From assembly GCA_037127955.1 (NCBI GenBank), contig JBAXXI010000001.1:9217-73216 (forward strand): a DNA stretch of 64,000 nucleotides. Reading direction: 5' to 3'. Source of the DNA: Candidatus Berkelbacteria bacterium (lineage in GTDB: Bacteria > Patescibacteriota > UBA1384 > UBA12157). Below are positions 1 through 9,266 of the stretch, piece by piece. The notes beneath the pieces were generated by a model. It was given only the letters and a program-made list of their open reading frames with translations, was not told the DNA's origin and ran no database searches. Positions within the stretch are counted from its first letter, which is position 1, and every line of letters starts with the position of its first letter. The position numbers and the translations under genes are program-made.

Positions 1-302
1 AACTTATTATTTCCGGTTTTTGCCTTAAGACCTGCCAAGCCGCGACCTATACATAAATCACAAGGAGCAAAATTGAGATCGCCTACCGGTGCTCTCACGC
101 TCATTAAAACGTCACCTTTATTTGCAAGTTTTGTAACCTTTTTTGTATATGTGTCGAAGCTAGGATATAAAATACCGAATGTTCTGTTTCCTTGTAAAAA
201 TGGAACACCTTCAAAATCAGAATAATAAATAGATTCTGGCGATTGCCCTTGCACTACAAGAGCAACATTTGAAAGCTTGGTTTTGAAACCCACTCTAGTC
301 AT
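1..302 (-). CDS. hsdS: Type I restriction-modification specificity subunit HsdS, N-terminal part; gene continues past the window start
   Basis: Manual translation of the minus strand from the ATG at 302..300 gives MTRVGFKTKLSNVALVVQGQSPESIYYSDFEGVPFLQGNRTFGIL...LMSVRAPVGDLNF. The QGQSP...PFLQG and SVRAPVG blocks are typical of HsdS target-recognition domains. The ATG overlaps the hsdM stop (ATGACTAG). It is not in the ORF track because it is under 60 aa and partial. Confidence 0.75.
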   Translation of the reverse strand, partial: MTRVGFKTKLSNVALVVQGQSPESIYYSDFEGVPFLQGNRTFGILYPSFDTYTKKVTKLANKGDVLMSVRAPVGDLNFAPCDLCIGRGLAGLKAKTGNNK

Positions 303-1905
303 ATTTTAATCCATTTAACTGTTTTTTAATTTCAGATTCTAGATTTTTTGAGTCGGTGAAAAGCTCATTCAAATTCTTTTTATAGTCATCGATCTTACTA
401 GAAAATTGTTCTGGTGTGATATCTACATACTCAATTTTGACATCAAAATATTGCCCGGCTGATAACGAATAATTCTTTTCTTTAATCTCGCTATATTCAA
501 TAACAACAGAAAAATTTTCGATTGGCTCTTTAGTCTTGAAAGCAGAAATAATTTTTGATTCATCTTCACAGCTAAGTAGAGTTTTCTGATTTTTGCCATC
601 TTTTACTTTTTTCCCAAGTTTCGAAGCATCGACTAGCACAACTTTATCAGTGTTAGTTTTGTCGATAAAAAGAATGGACACATTCGTACCGGTAGTCGCA
701 AATATATTCGATGGCATCGAAACAACACCCTTAAGCCATTTCTTTTCTACTAATTTCTCACGAATCTTTTTTTCAATCCCGCTCTGCGCGGTAATAAAGC
801 CGGTAGGCACAACAATGGCCGCTTTTCCGGTATCATTCAGGCTCCGCATAATGTGTTGAATAAACAGTAAATAAATTGACATTTTGTCTTTGTCTTTATT
901 TGGGGTATTCGGTATGCCGGCAAAAAAACGCTCATTAAACTGTGGCAGTGATTCTAGATCATCACGCCAATCCGAGAAGTCCAATTTGAAAGGCGGATTG
1001 CTTACAATGAAATCCATCTTCTGTGGATGGCGATTGTTAAGAATTGTGTTACCTTGCACAATATTGTTGATACTATGGCTGAGACCATTTAGAATCAGGT
1101 TTAACCGTAAAAGGTTTGATGATTTCTGGCTGATGTCTTGGCTGTAAATCGTGCTTTTATCTGTGCCGATTTTACTCGCAATATTCATAAGCAGTGTTCC
1201 AGAGCCGGCACCTGGGTCGTAAACCTTCACATTTGTTGGCTTTGAATTACCTACAAGAATTTCCGCCATAACTTTAGCGACTGAATGAGGGGTGAAATAT
1301 TCGGCATATTTGCCGCCGCCGTCCTTGTTATAGTCCTTAATCATATACTCAAAAAGCGTTGAGAAGAAATCGAAGCCAGCTGAAAAAATGTCATCAAAGT
1401 TAAACTTGCTGTCGGCCAGTTTGTTGATAATGGATTTTGCAACAGCGTTGTGTTTTGAACGATCGGAAACAGCACTCTGTATGAGCTGTTCTTCAAACAA
1501 ACGAATCTCTGTTTTGCCATCTGTATGAACTGAGAAAACTGCGGAGTTAGTTACAGCAATATCGTTGAGCGTATCGTCAAATTTTTTAGCAAAATCAGAG
1601 TCTTCTTGATGTTTAAAAAGATAAGATAGCAGATGTTCCGGTTTTAAATGGGCTGAATTGTTTCCAAGTTTCATTAATAACAAACCGTATTCATTATTAC
1701 TCAGCTTTTTTAAGTCATCATATGTTTGAAGCGATGAATCAATTTTTGAAACTTCGTAAATGAATCTATCGTTTAAAAACTTGTAGAGGAAACATTGCGT
1801 TACAATTTTATATTCATTCGCATCACCACCAAGACCATTGTGAGCACAAATAGCCTTTATATCATCAACTAATTGTTTCGTTTTATTGTTATACTCTGTT
1901 TCCAT
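295..1905 (-). CDS. hsdM: Type I restriction-modification DNA methyltransferase subunit HsdM (N6-adenine)
   Basis: 536 aa. SAM-binding motif DPGAGSGTLL, catalytic NPPF (FIVSNPPFKLDFSDW), and a HsdM-type N-terminal domain. Start overlaps the hsdR stop (TAATG at 1905). Confidence 0.92.
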   Translation of the reverse strand: METEYNNKTKQLVDDIKAICAHNGLGGDANEYKIVTQCFLYKFLNDRFIYEVSKIDSSLQTYDDLKKLSNNEYGLLLMKLGNNSAHLKPEHLLSYLFKHQEDSDFAKKFDDTLNDIAVTNSAVFSVHTDGKTEIRLFEEQLIQSAVSDRSKHNAVAKSIINKLADSKFNFDDIFSAGFDFFSTLFEYMIKDYNKDGGGKYAEYFTPHSVAKVMAEILVGNSKPTNVKVYDPGAGSGTLLMNIASKIGTDKSTIYSQDISQKSSNLLRLNLILNGLSHSINNIVQGNTILNNRHPQKMDFIVSNPPFKLDFSDWRDDLESLPQFNERFFAGIPNTPNKDKDKMSIYLLFIQHIMRSLNDTGKAAIVVPTGFITAQSGIEKKIREKLVEKKWLKGVVSMPSNIFATTGTNVSILFIDKTNTDKVVLVDASKLGKKVKDGKNQKTLLSCEDESKIISAFKTKEPIENFSVVIEYSEIKEKNYSLSAGQYFDVKIEYVDITPEQFSSKIDDYKKNLNELFTDSKNLESEIKKQLNGLKYD

Positions 1906-4900
1906 TAGTTTTCTCCTTTATATTCGCTAGTATACTCATCAGCCAGAATATCTCTTATCCGGCCTGCATTTGCGACATCAAGAACTGGGACTTGTGAATT
2001 CTCAAAACTATCGACTGTAGCCTGACCGATAAAATTAGAGAAATAACCATCATTATCAACCAAGTTTTTGTTTTTACCAAGTTTCTCGGCTATCAATTTT
2101 TTAATATCTGATAGCACATCGAACAAAGGCTGATTTTGGTTGACACGACCAGTCGGTTCAAGCAATTTGAAGGTGCGGGCATACTTACGGTCACCGTCAA
2201 ATTTCTCAAGTACGACTTGATTCTTGCGGTTTAGCTCTCGGATTCGATCGTAAATGTGTTTTAACTCGGTTGAAGCATATTCCATCTTTTCTTTATTGCC
2301 ACTAGCTTCACTTTCATTGTATTCAGAAAGCAGGCGAGTGAATTCCTCGTATAAGGTTACCCATTCTGGGTCTTTCTGATTATAGTTCCTATCCAGTTCC
2401 AAGCGAGTGTTCCGGGCAATCTCCTGTAAATCATTTGCCAACAGCTTTAACTCTTCTTCGCCAGTCTTAGTAAATTCAAAAATTACTCCCTCGATAGCAG
2501 TATTGAGTAGTTCCTTACTATTAATATCATTTGTAGCATCCTTTAAATTGAGGAGCTTCAAGCGATTACTAACTTCGGTAAGCAATTTGGCAATGAGTTT
2601 AAAATCAATTTTTTCAAGGATTTCTGTGTAACCTAGCAGCCTCGCAATATTATATATATCGCGTGCCGACTCTAGCGATTTCTTTAATTGATTTATTGTT
2701 TCTTTGTCGTTAATTGCACTTATTTGACGACTGAAGGTTTCAAGATTATCTGTTGAGAATTCGGAAAGCATACTTAAAACAATAGCGATCTCTTCATCAA
2801 TTTCAGACTTACTCATAAAAAGTGAACCAAAAATGTTGTTTGGATCATCGTTTTCATCCATACCTTCGCTATATTCACGATTCAATTCGTCAAAGTAGGC
2901 CTGGTTGGTGACTTCGAACTCTTTGCTGATATCAGCAAAATCCACTACATAGCCAATGCGAAAATCACGGTATGGTCGGTTGACGCGTGTGAGTGTCTGT
3001 AATAGATTATGGGCGCGTATTTTTCTACCGAGATAGAGTTTCTTAAGTCTTGGAGCATCAAAACCGGTTAGAAGCATTGAATATACAAACAATAAATCCA
3101 GTTTACCGTCTTTAAAGTCTTTGATTTCCGTTTCGCGTGTTTCTTTATCATCTTCATCATGGAGAATAAGGGCTGCTTTAAGACCATGTTCACTAGATTT
3201 TTCATTAAACTGTCGAAACATTTCGCGCGCTTGATCAGAGCTATCTGCTACAACCATACCCCCAATAGTTTTGTCCCCGAAACGAATGCGAGAATTTTTG
3301 AAATCCTTAATAATGTATTCGAGCATTGGATCGACAAAGTTACTATGAGATCGTATTTCTTTACGATCAATCGAACCGAGTTTAGTTTCTATTTCATGAA
3401 CAATCTCGTTTAACTTGGCCTTGTAACTCGTTTCAATTTCTTCGCGCAGTAGCTTTAAAGTATATCCATCTTTGATCGAATTATTATAATAATATTTATG
3501 AATGTAGTTACCAAAAATATTGCGAGTAGTTCTTACATCTTGCTTATCACTTAGCTCTTCGTCATCTTCTTTATGTTCACCGTAAACTATTAGCGGTGTA
3601 CCGGTAAGCGCAATTTTAACAGCTGATTTGTCGGAATTATATAGATTAGCGAGAAATGATCCTTTTGGATCATAGCTTCGATGGGCTTCATCGATAAAAA
3701 ATATACGTTGAACATTAATATCATAGCCAGAATTGTTAAATGCGGTAGTGTCATCTTTAAATTTTTGTATATTCACGACCGTAATACCGGCTGTAGTAGT
3801 GTTTGAGGCAAAATCACGCACTAGTGATTCTTTGTTGTCGATAGTCTGTACTTCAAGACCGCGCTTTCTAAATTCATTGCGAGCTTGTTTTGCTAAATCT
3901 AGGCGGTCAACTATAAAATAGAATTTTGAAATAACACCTTTTTTGGCGTAGTAATCGGTCAAATATTTAACACCATAGTAACTCAAAGCGGTTTTTCCAG
4001 ATCCTTGGGTGTGCCATATAATACCGCGATCATTGCCTGCGTCCAAATAGCGTGCAATAGCTTTTGTTGCAAAAAATTGCGGGTAGCGCATAATGTGCTT
4101 TTGAATAACCGTCTCGCCGGTTATTTCGTCAATCTCATCAACATACGCGATACCATATCGAAGAATCATGATGAGACGTTTCTTTTCGAATAAAGAGCTA
4201 ATAACTCGATTGGTTGGAGCATCAATATCTTTATTACTGATAAACTCTGGCGAGTGTTTTATAACTTCGAGATTAGTGTCTCTTAATACAAAATCTTCGA
4301 CTACTTCGTCGAGGTTGTGAATTTCATCAATAATCTCGCTCTTTCGTTCTTCGCGAAAATTGTTAAACTTTGCACGAGAGTTCTTGGCAGTAGTCGCGTA
4401 GAATGCACCCTGAAGCTGATCGGCAGTTGTATCGTCGTATTCCATATTGTTTGAAAATACGAGCAATTGGGTAATATTGATAAACTTACGAAACTTTTCG
4501 TTTGCAAACCGCATGTTGATACGGTCACGCTCAGCCTTGATACCTTCTGGGTTGTTTGGTTTCTTCACCTCTATGAAAGCCAGCGGCAAACCGTTAATAA
4601 AGATTGTGATATCTGGTCGGAACTCATCTTCTCCATTTTTATTGGCGAGTTCGGTCGTAACAAGATATGAGTTTTTTTCTGGATTTTCAAAATCTACTAG
4701 CTTATAATTTCCTCCGTCCGTGCCGATGAGTTTTTTGTAAAATTCTCGCCCCAAGTCATCATTGCCAAGAGATTGCTTTACATCAGAAAAAAATCCATCG
4801 AACTCACCATTTTGCGAGTCTGTGATGTTATTTATTTTATTAAACTGATCACGAAACTCATTCACAATAATACTTGTTTCGGGATCAATATTATAATTTT

Positions 4901-5000
4901 TGTCTTTCAGAGAGAAGTATTTGTAGCCTAAACGAGTAAAATGAAGTAACGATGGAATCTTTACTCTAGAATCCTCTGAAAATGAATTATCTTTTGCCAT
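1905..5000 (-). CDS. hsdR: Type I restriction enzyme R subunit HsdR (SF2 helicase-nuclease)
   Basis: 1031 aa. Walker A HTQGSGKTALS, DEAH box (FFIDEAHRS), an N-terminal nuclease region and a long C-terminal helical domain. It sits directly upstream of hsdM with a 1-nt overlap. Confidence 0.92.
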   Translation of the reverse strand: MAKDNSFSEDSRVKIPSLLHFTRLGYKYFSLKDKNYNIDPETSIIVNEFRDQFNKINNITDSQNGEFDGFFSDVKQSLGNDDLGREFYKKLIGTDGGNYKLVDFENPEKNSYLVTTELANKNGEDEFRPDITIFINGLPLAFIEVKKPNNPEGIKAERDRINMRFANEKFRKFINITQLLVFSNNMEYDDTTADQLQGAFYATTAKNSRAKFNNFREERKSEIIDEIHNLDEVVEDFVLRDTNLEVIKHSPEFISNKDIDAPTNRVISSLFEKKRLIMILRYGIAYVDEIDEITGETVIQKHIMRYPQFFATKAIARYLDAGNDRGIIWHTQGSGKTALSYYGVKYLTDYYAKKGVISKFYFIVDRLDLAKQARNEFRKRGLEVQTIDNKESLVRDFASNTTTAGITVVNIQKFKDDTTAFNNSGYDINVQRIFFIDEAHRSYDPKGSFLANLYNSDKSAVKIALTGTPLIVYGEHKEDDEELSDKQDVRTTRNIFGNYIHKYYYNNSIKDGYTLKLLREEIETSYKAKLNEIVHEIETKLGSIDRKEIRSHSNFVDPMLEYIIKDFKNSRIRFGDKTIGGMVVADSSDQAREMFRQFNEKSSEHGLKAALILHDEDDKETRETEIKDFKDGKLDLLFVYSMLLTGFDAPRLKKLYLGRKIRAHNLLQTLTRVNRPYRDFRIGYVVDFADISKEFEVTNQAYFDELNREYSEGMDENDDPNNIFGSLFMSKSEIDEEIAIVLSMLSEFSTDNLETFSRQISAINDKETINQLKKSLESARDIYNIARLLGYTEILEKIDFKLIAKLLTEVSNRLKLLNLKDATNDINSKELLNTAIEGVIFEFTKTGEEELKLLANDLQEIARNTRLELDRNYNQKDPEWVTLYEEFTRLLSEYNESEASGNKEKMEYASTELKHIYDRIRELNRKNQVVLEKFDGDRKYARTFKLLEPTGRVNQNQPLFDVLSDIKKLIAEKLGKNKNLVDNDGYFSNFIGQATVDSFENSQVPVLDVANAGRIRDILADEYTSEYKGEN

Positions 5001-5002
5001 TT

Positions 5003-7105
5003 TTATTCCTCACTTATTTCGTCTGATTCCCTATTTTTTTGAAAAGATTGTTCTATTAAAGTCATCAAATAATCAATTTGAGTTTCGGAATTAATTTTTG
5101 CTTCTACATTGCCATTACCCCAATGGCCAAGACCAGTTACATCATAAGACATCTTCTCCGGATCGATAATTTCGTTATAATCCATGTTCATACAAACCTT
5201 TAATTGGTTTTTCTGCGGTATAATGTCGACAAAATTCGTACTATTTTTGTAAGCAATATACTTGGCTTTTATAACCTCTTTTACAGAAGAATCAATGTTT
5301 AATATACGCTGTCTCAGTTTATTAAAAAGATCCAAAATATTTCCTTGCAAATATTCCTTATAAATATCTAGTGTATATATTTGTTCCGTTTCATCAGTAT
5401 CGACTTGCTTATATTTTTGAATAATTTCACTTGGCAAGGATGGGGCAATCCAAATTTTCACCGCTTTCACCGCGAGTTCTTTACCTCTTTTGGTAATCTC
5501 TTCTTCGTTCCATGACGGCAAATTTGCTAATGAATAATTCAATCTAATAGGGCTATCTTTGAATCCTCCCTCCATCGATTGTTTATCCGCAAAAGCTTTG
5601 TCGCTCAGTTCGGGATTATAGCCTGTCAATGTTAGGTTTCCGATCGTATGAAGATACTTCTCCTGAATCTCTTTCCAATTATCACCCAAATTGGCCTGCC
5701 ACTCGCTTGATAACTTCGGATTTTGTGGCATTATATGTTCAATTGTGAAGGTATCGACAGATACCTTTTCTTTTCGGCCAAAATTTTCTAATTTGTCTAA
5801 AAGATAATTGCGTCTAGAAAAGTTATATACATCTTTTATAAGAAGTTCGCTCATAAATTCTTCGTCATTTGGGAATCTCCGGTAGGAATCTTTCGCCAGC
5901 AATACCGCCTTAACGCTTTCTAAATAATTATCTCGATCAATAAACTTGGCCAAATTGCCGAAAGTTTTATTCATTGAATTTGTTGGGATACCACAAACTC
6001 CACGTCTAAACACATACGATTCGACTAAACGCAATATCTCGATTAGCTCTTCTTTTATAATTCTATTTTGATCATAATCTTCTAAGACCACCATTAGAAA
6101 TGGATACGCAACATCAACCTTTAGCGTATTAATGTCTTTAATCGTACCCCTTATTTCAGTATCGTTAACTCTCTCAAATGCAAGTTCAACAAAACGCTTG
6201 GAGTGATGATAGACATCGGCAACTATCTCGGAAATCGTTAATTTACAACTACTAGCGTAAACTTTAAAATTTTCATAAATTTGGTTTATATTAGGAATTC
6301 TTCCAGTTTTGATTGTTAAATAATCGCGCATAAATCTATCAAAAAGAACTGAATATTCAGCGTGACCAAAACTTTGTTCCATCGGGTACCATGACTTTTC
6401 ATACACTTCCACTTGATCATCTTGTTCAAGTCCCATTAAAACATAATTACGAATTAAATCAGCTTGGGATAAATCTAGTCCAGTTGAATTGAGACTTTCA
6501 AATATTAATTGTGGATTGTCTCTATCCCTATCAAGAGCTATATCCACGATAATTAGCTTGCTGATTCCCTTGTATAATTCTTCAACATCAATATTCAATT
6601 CTTTTATTTTGTTTATAAAAAAATTATAATTTTCATTTATTCTGCCAGATTGATTTTCTACAGCGCTTCTACCTTCAAGCAAATTAATAAAAGCTTCTCT
6701 GTCGCTTTTGGTTAACATTAATCTGTATTTTAGGTCGCCTTCTTCTTCACTATTAATCAAATAGTAGTTATTTATTTTTCTTTTTGACATATCCGAGGTT
6801 TCATCTTGATCTGCGATAGAATCACGGATTGCCATCATCAATAAAGAAAGGGTGGTTAGCCTTTGCTGGCCGTCAATCACTAGAAGTTTAGAAACAGCTG
6901 CGACCTGATATAGTCCATTTTCAATATAAACGATCGATCCAATAAAATGACCGCCGGTTTCTTCACTTTTTACCGCGCGCAAGATGTCGCTCCAGAGTTC
7001 ATCGCATTGTTTAGTCGTCCAGCTATAGGTTCTCTGGTAAATAGGTATAATAAATTGTTTCGTGCCTTGTAAAAATTTCGTTAGACTTGTTTCTACTGCT
7101 TTCAT
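5003..7105 (-). CDS. DUF262/DUF1524 fusion protein (GmrSD / BrxU / SspE-like type IV modification-dependent nuclease family)
   Basis: 700 aa. N-terminal DUF262 motifs IPIYQRTYSW and DGQQRLTT. C-terminal DUF1524 His-Me-finger motif FTIEHIMPQNP ... NLTLTGYNPELSDKAF. The stop lies 2 nt from the hsdR ATG. Confidence 0.8.
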   Translation of the reverse strand: MKAVETSLTKFLQGTKQFIIPIYQRTYSWTTKQCDELWSDILRAVKSEETGGHFIGSIVYIENGLYQVAAVSKLLVIDGQQRLTTLSLLMMAIRDSIADQDETSDMSKRKINNYYLINSEEEGDLKYRLMLTKSDREAFINLLEGRSAVENQSGRINENYNFFINKIKELNIDVEELYKGISKLIIVDIALDRDRDNPQLIFESLNSTGLDLSQADLIRNYVLMGLEQDDQVEVYEKSWYPMEQSFGHAEYSVLFDRFMRDYLTIKTGRIPNINQIYENFKVYASSCKLTISEIVADVYHHSKRFVELAFERVNDTEIRGTIKDINTLKVDVAYPFLMVVLEDYDQNRIIKEELIEILRLVESYVFRRGVCGIPTNSMNKTFGNLAKFIDRDNYLESVKAVLLAKDSYRRFPNDEEFMSELLIKDVYNFSRRNYLLDKLENFGRKEKVSVDTFTIEHIMPQNPKLSSEWQANLGDNWKEIQEKYLHTIGNLTLTGYNPELSDKAFADKQSMEGGFKDSPIRLNYSLANLPSWNEEEITKRGKELAVKAVKIWIAPSLPSEIIQKYKQVDTDETEQIYTLDIYKEYLQGNILDLFNKLRQRILNIDSSVKEVIKAKYIAYKNSTNFVDIIPQKNQLKVCMNMDYNEIIDPEKMSYDVTGLGHWGNGNVEAKINSETQIDYLMTLIEQSFQKNRESDEISEE

Positions 7106-7108
7106 ATT

Positions 7109-7408
7109 TTATTCCTCAATTTTCGCCCGATTAATAATATTTTCAATGACCCAATATTTATAGCCAGCAATCTCTAAGTATTTATATTCTTTGTCATAAA
7201 ATGGCTTAATGTAACCATTTGAATCTATTTCTCTTACGAACATTTTTATTTCGTCTGATTTGTCTGGATAATCATCGATAACAACATATTCATGCGGAAT
7301 TTCCGGCATGGTTTTGGCAAATGTCCAAGCTAAATGAGAAATTAGTTTTGTAATTTCTTTTTGCAAATTCATTAGCTTTATTTTACGCTTCTGGAGGGAT
7401 TTATTCAA
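7109..7408 (-). CDS. Hypothetical 99-aa protein, first gene of the defense operon
   Basis: ORF track entry with an unrecognised conserved-looking core (WTFAKTMPEIPHEYVVIDDYPDKSDEI...GYKYWVIENI). It ends 3 nt before the DUF262/DUF1524 start codon, so it is likely co-transcribed. An alternative start at MNLQKE is 12 codons downstream. Confidence 0.5.
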   Translation of the reverse strand: MNKSLQKRKIKLMNLQKEITKLISHLAWTFAKTMPEIPHEYVVIDDYPDKSDEIKMFVREIDSNGYIKPFYDKEYKYLEIAGYKYWVIENIINRAKIEE

Positions 7409-7493
7409 GTTTACAAAAACACCTGGTCAAGAATTCCAAGAATTATCAATATTTTTTTGGGAAAGAGTTAATTATTTAGGAATCAATACAAGA

Positions 7494-7712
7494 TTAATCT
7501 CGTCTTTCTTCATTTAGATTGAAACTAACATTTTTATTGTTTATTTGAATTCGGTTTTTGGTTTGCAACTCATTAAAAGCCTGCTGGAAGGTCATTCGTT
7601 TTTCTTTAACCATTCTTTCCAATGTAAAATAAAGAGCCAGCGGCACAGTGTAGCCATCTGCTTTCATTTTTTTATACCATTCGGCAACAGTTTTAAATTC
7701 ATTAATATCCAT
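7494..7712 (-). CDS. Hypothetical small protein (72 aa)
   Basis: ORF track only. Sits in the defense-island gap between the 99-aa gene and the PLD-like gene. No recognisable motif. Confidence 0.3.
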   Translation of the reverse strand: MDINEFKTVAEWYKKMKADGYTVPLALYFTLERMVKEKRMTFQQAFNELQTKNRIQINNKNVSFNLNEERRD

Positions 7713-7796
7713 ATCTTGATTATATCAGAAAGTGGTAAATTATTAATTCAAAAAGTCCATATTTCACAGCAAGCATAGTATGACAAAATCACACTT

Positions 7797-8522
7797 TTAT
7801 TTGTAAAGAAAACTTATCAAGCCGAAAACAAATTTTGCTCCTTTCAACGATACTATTAATACTTTAACGATGGCAAATAACCACCACGCGAGAAACGGAA
7901 CAACTACTCCCAAAAAGAACAATTTGATCTTAGCCAGTTTATTCTCTTCAAGATTCTTGGCCATATTGCGATATAGCCGCTCATACTGAAACTTGTAGGC
8001 TTCAGCCAGCTTTTTGCTTAGCCCCAGATAAGACATAGTTTCTTGCACCAATATCTCATCCGAGATTCGCCTCATCATTTCACGACTTTGTCTTTGCGAA
8101 AGAATATTTAAGCTCCCTTCCCAAAGTATTTCGCGATCAATAATGGCTAATTTTTCATGAACAAATCCTGGCAGATGAGTAATATGGGCGCCGGACTCTT
8201 CATAATCCTTAAGTGCACAAGAAATTTCCGCTTTCATGAAATAATCATGTTCTTCAAGCGGTCTGGTAAAAATAAAAACCGGTATGTTTCTTTTCCGAAG
8301 TTCAATAAGCGTCCGTCTGAAAAATTCCGATCGAAACTTTGAAACAAACGGGCTGTAAATAACCACTTCTTTTTTGGCGGCCAACATATCTTTAACGAAT
8401 GCCTGATAAAAACTCTTTTCATTAAAAAGATTGCCTTTTTGCATTTCTTTCAATTTCTTGGCATCAACTTCATTTTGGATATTTGTAAGATGCTGCCTAT
8501 ATGCCGGTGATTGTCGTAACAT
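7797..8522 (-). CDS. PLD-superfamily single-HKD protein (Nuc/BfiI-like nuclease fold) with a C-terminal transmembrane anchor
   Basis: 241 aa. Canonical HKD motif HEKLAIIDREILWEGSLN (HxKxxxxDx6GSxN). Only one HKD copy, implying a dimer like Nuc. The C-terminal hydrophobic helix is LFFLGVVVPFLAWWLFAIVKVLIVSL. Confidence 0.7.
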   Translation of the reverse strand: MLRQSPAYRQHLTNIQNEVDAKKLKEMQKGNLFNEKSFYQAFVKDMLAAKKEVVIYSPFVSKFRSEFFRRTLIELRKRNIPVFIFTRPLEEHDYFMKAEISCALKDYEESGAHITHLPGFVHEKLAIIDREILWEGSLNILSQRQSREMMRRISDEILVQETMSYLGLSKKLAEAYKFQYERLYRNMAKNLEENKLAKIKLFFLGVVVPFLAWWLFAIVKVLIVSLKGAKFVFGLISFLYK

Positions 8523-8597
8523 TGTGCCCTCCTTAATTTATTTTGATATAGATTATGACTTTGTGTTATACTCGCCTTGTAATATGAAAGGAATAAT

Positions 8598-8816
8598 ATG
8601 AACGAAAAAGAACTTGAAGAAATGTTTGCCAACCCGTTTTATGCTGTTAATATTTTGCCGTCACTTTGCTTGGAACATGAGCCGATGGTCTCCAAGGAAA
8701 CTTGGGTCAAGGCTAACGCTAAGATGATTGACGAAATCGGCAAAGTAGAATGGCTAAAACGACTTCTTGATGTCTTGGAATCCGGCGGCCCGCAGAGCGA
8801 TCAAACGGCTGAATAG
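8598..8816 (+). CDS. Hypothetical small protein (72 aa)
   Basis: ORF track. An upstream TATACT -10-like element at 8562..8567. No recognisable domain. Confidence 0.3.
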   Translation: MNEKELEEMFANPFYAVNILPSLCLEHEPMVSKETWVKANAKMIDEIGKVEWLKRLLDVLESGGPQSDQTAE

Positions 8817-8870
8817 CTAGTTTTCTCTTACTCACTGGCGTTTAGGTGTAAAATCTGCTAAAATAACAGC

Positions 8871-9086
8871 ATGGGTACTGATAATTCTCTAAAAATGAAT
8901 CAAACAATCGGCGAACAGTTCAAAGCAGCTAGGGAAAAACTTCACCTGACCCAATTGGAGGTAGCCGAAAAAGCTGAAATAAGCACTAATTACTACGCGC
9001 AGATGGAACGCGATGAAGTTAATCCCTCAGTTGAAAAGGTGCGAGAAGTTAAAGAAGTTTTAAAAATAAAAGAGATCAAGATATAA
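8871..9086 (+). CDS. XRE-family helix-turn-helix transcriptional regulator
   Basis: 71 aa. LHLTQLEVAEKAEISTNYYAQMERDEVNPSVEKV matches the Cro/C1 HTH pattern. Followed by a hairpin plus T-run at 9208..9227. Confidence 0.7.
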   Translation: MGTDNSLKMNQTIGEQFKAAREKLHLTQLEVAEKAEISTNYYAQMERDEVNPSVEKVREVKEVLKIKEIKI

Positions 9087-9207
9087 ATTTATCCTGATCT
9101 TTGGGTAGATATGCTCTCATAATTTGATCGAGCCACTTCAAAAGGTGTTCGAAGGAAAGTGCATTAAGTCTACCATTCAACCAGCTCATGACGAGCTAAA
9201 TGAAAAT

Positions 9208-9227
9208 GACCTTTTAAGGTCTTTTTT
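9208..9227 (+). terminator. Weak Rho-independent terminator after the XRE gene
   Basis: gacc-ttttaa-ggtc followed by TTTTTT. Confidence 0.35.
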
Positions 9228-9232
9228 AGTAT

Positions 9233-9266
9233 TAAAAAATACGATCCAATTGGGTCGTATTTTTTA
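9233..9266 (-). terminator. Rho-independent terminator downstream of the DEAD-box helicase gene (bidirectional)
   Basis: aaaaaat-ACGATCC-aatt-GGGTCGT-attttttaa. A 7-bp stem with one G-U pair, flanked by A-run and T-run. Confidence 0.6.

Noticed and set aside
593-4707. Plus-strand track ORFs of 60 to 90 aa inside hsdM and hsdR (593..859, 884..1147, 2407..2631, 3159..3413, 3733..3921, 4005..4193, 4447..4707)
   Set aside because: They are embedded antisense in long, motif-rich minus-strand genes. Such ORFs are the usual by-product of AT-rich coding sequence and none shows a ribosome-binding site.
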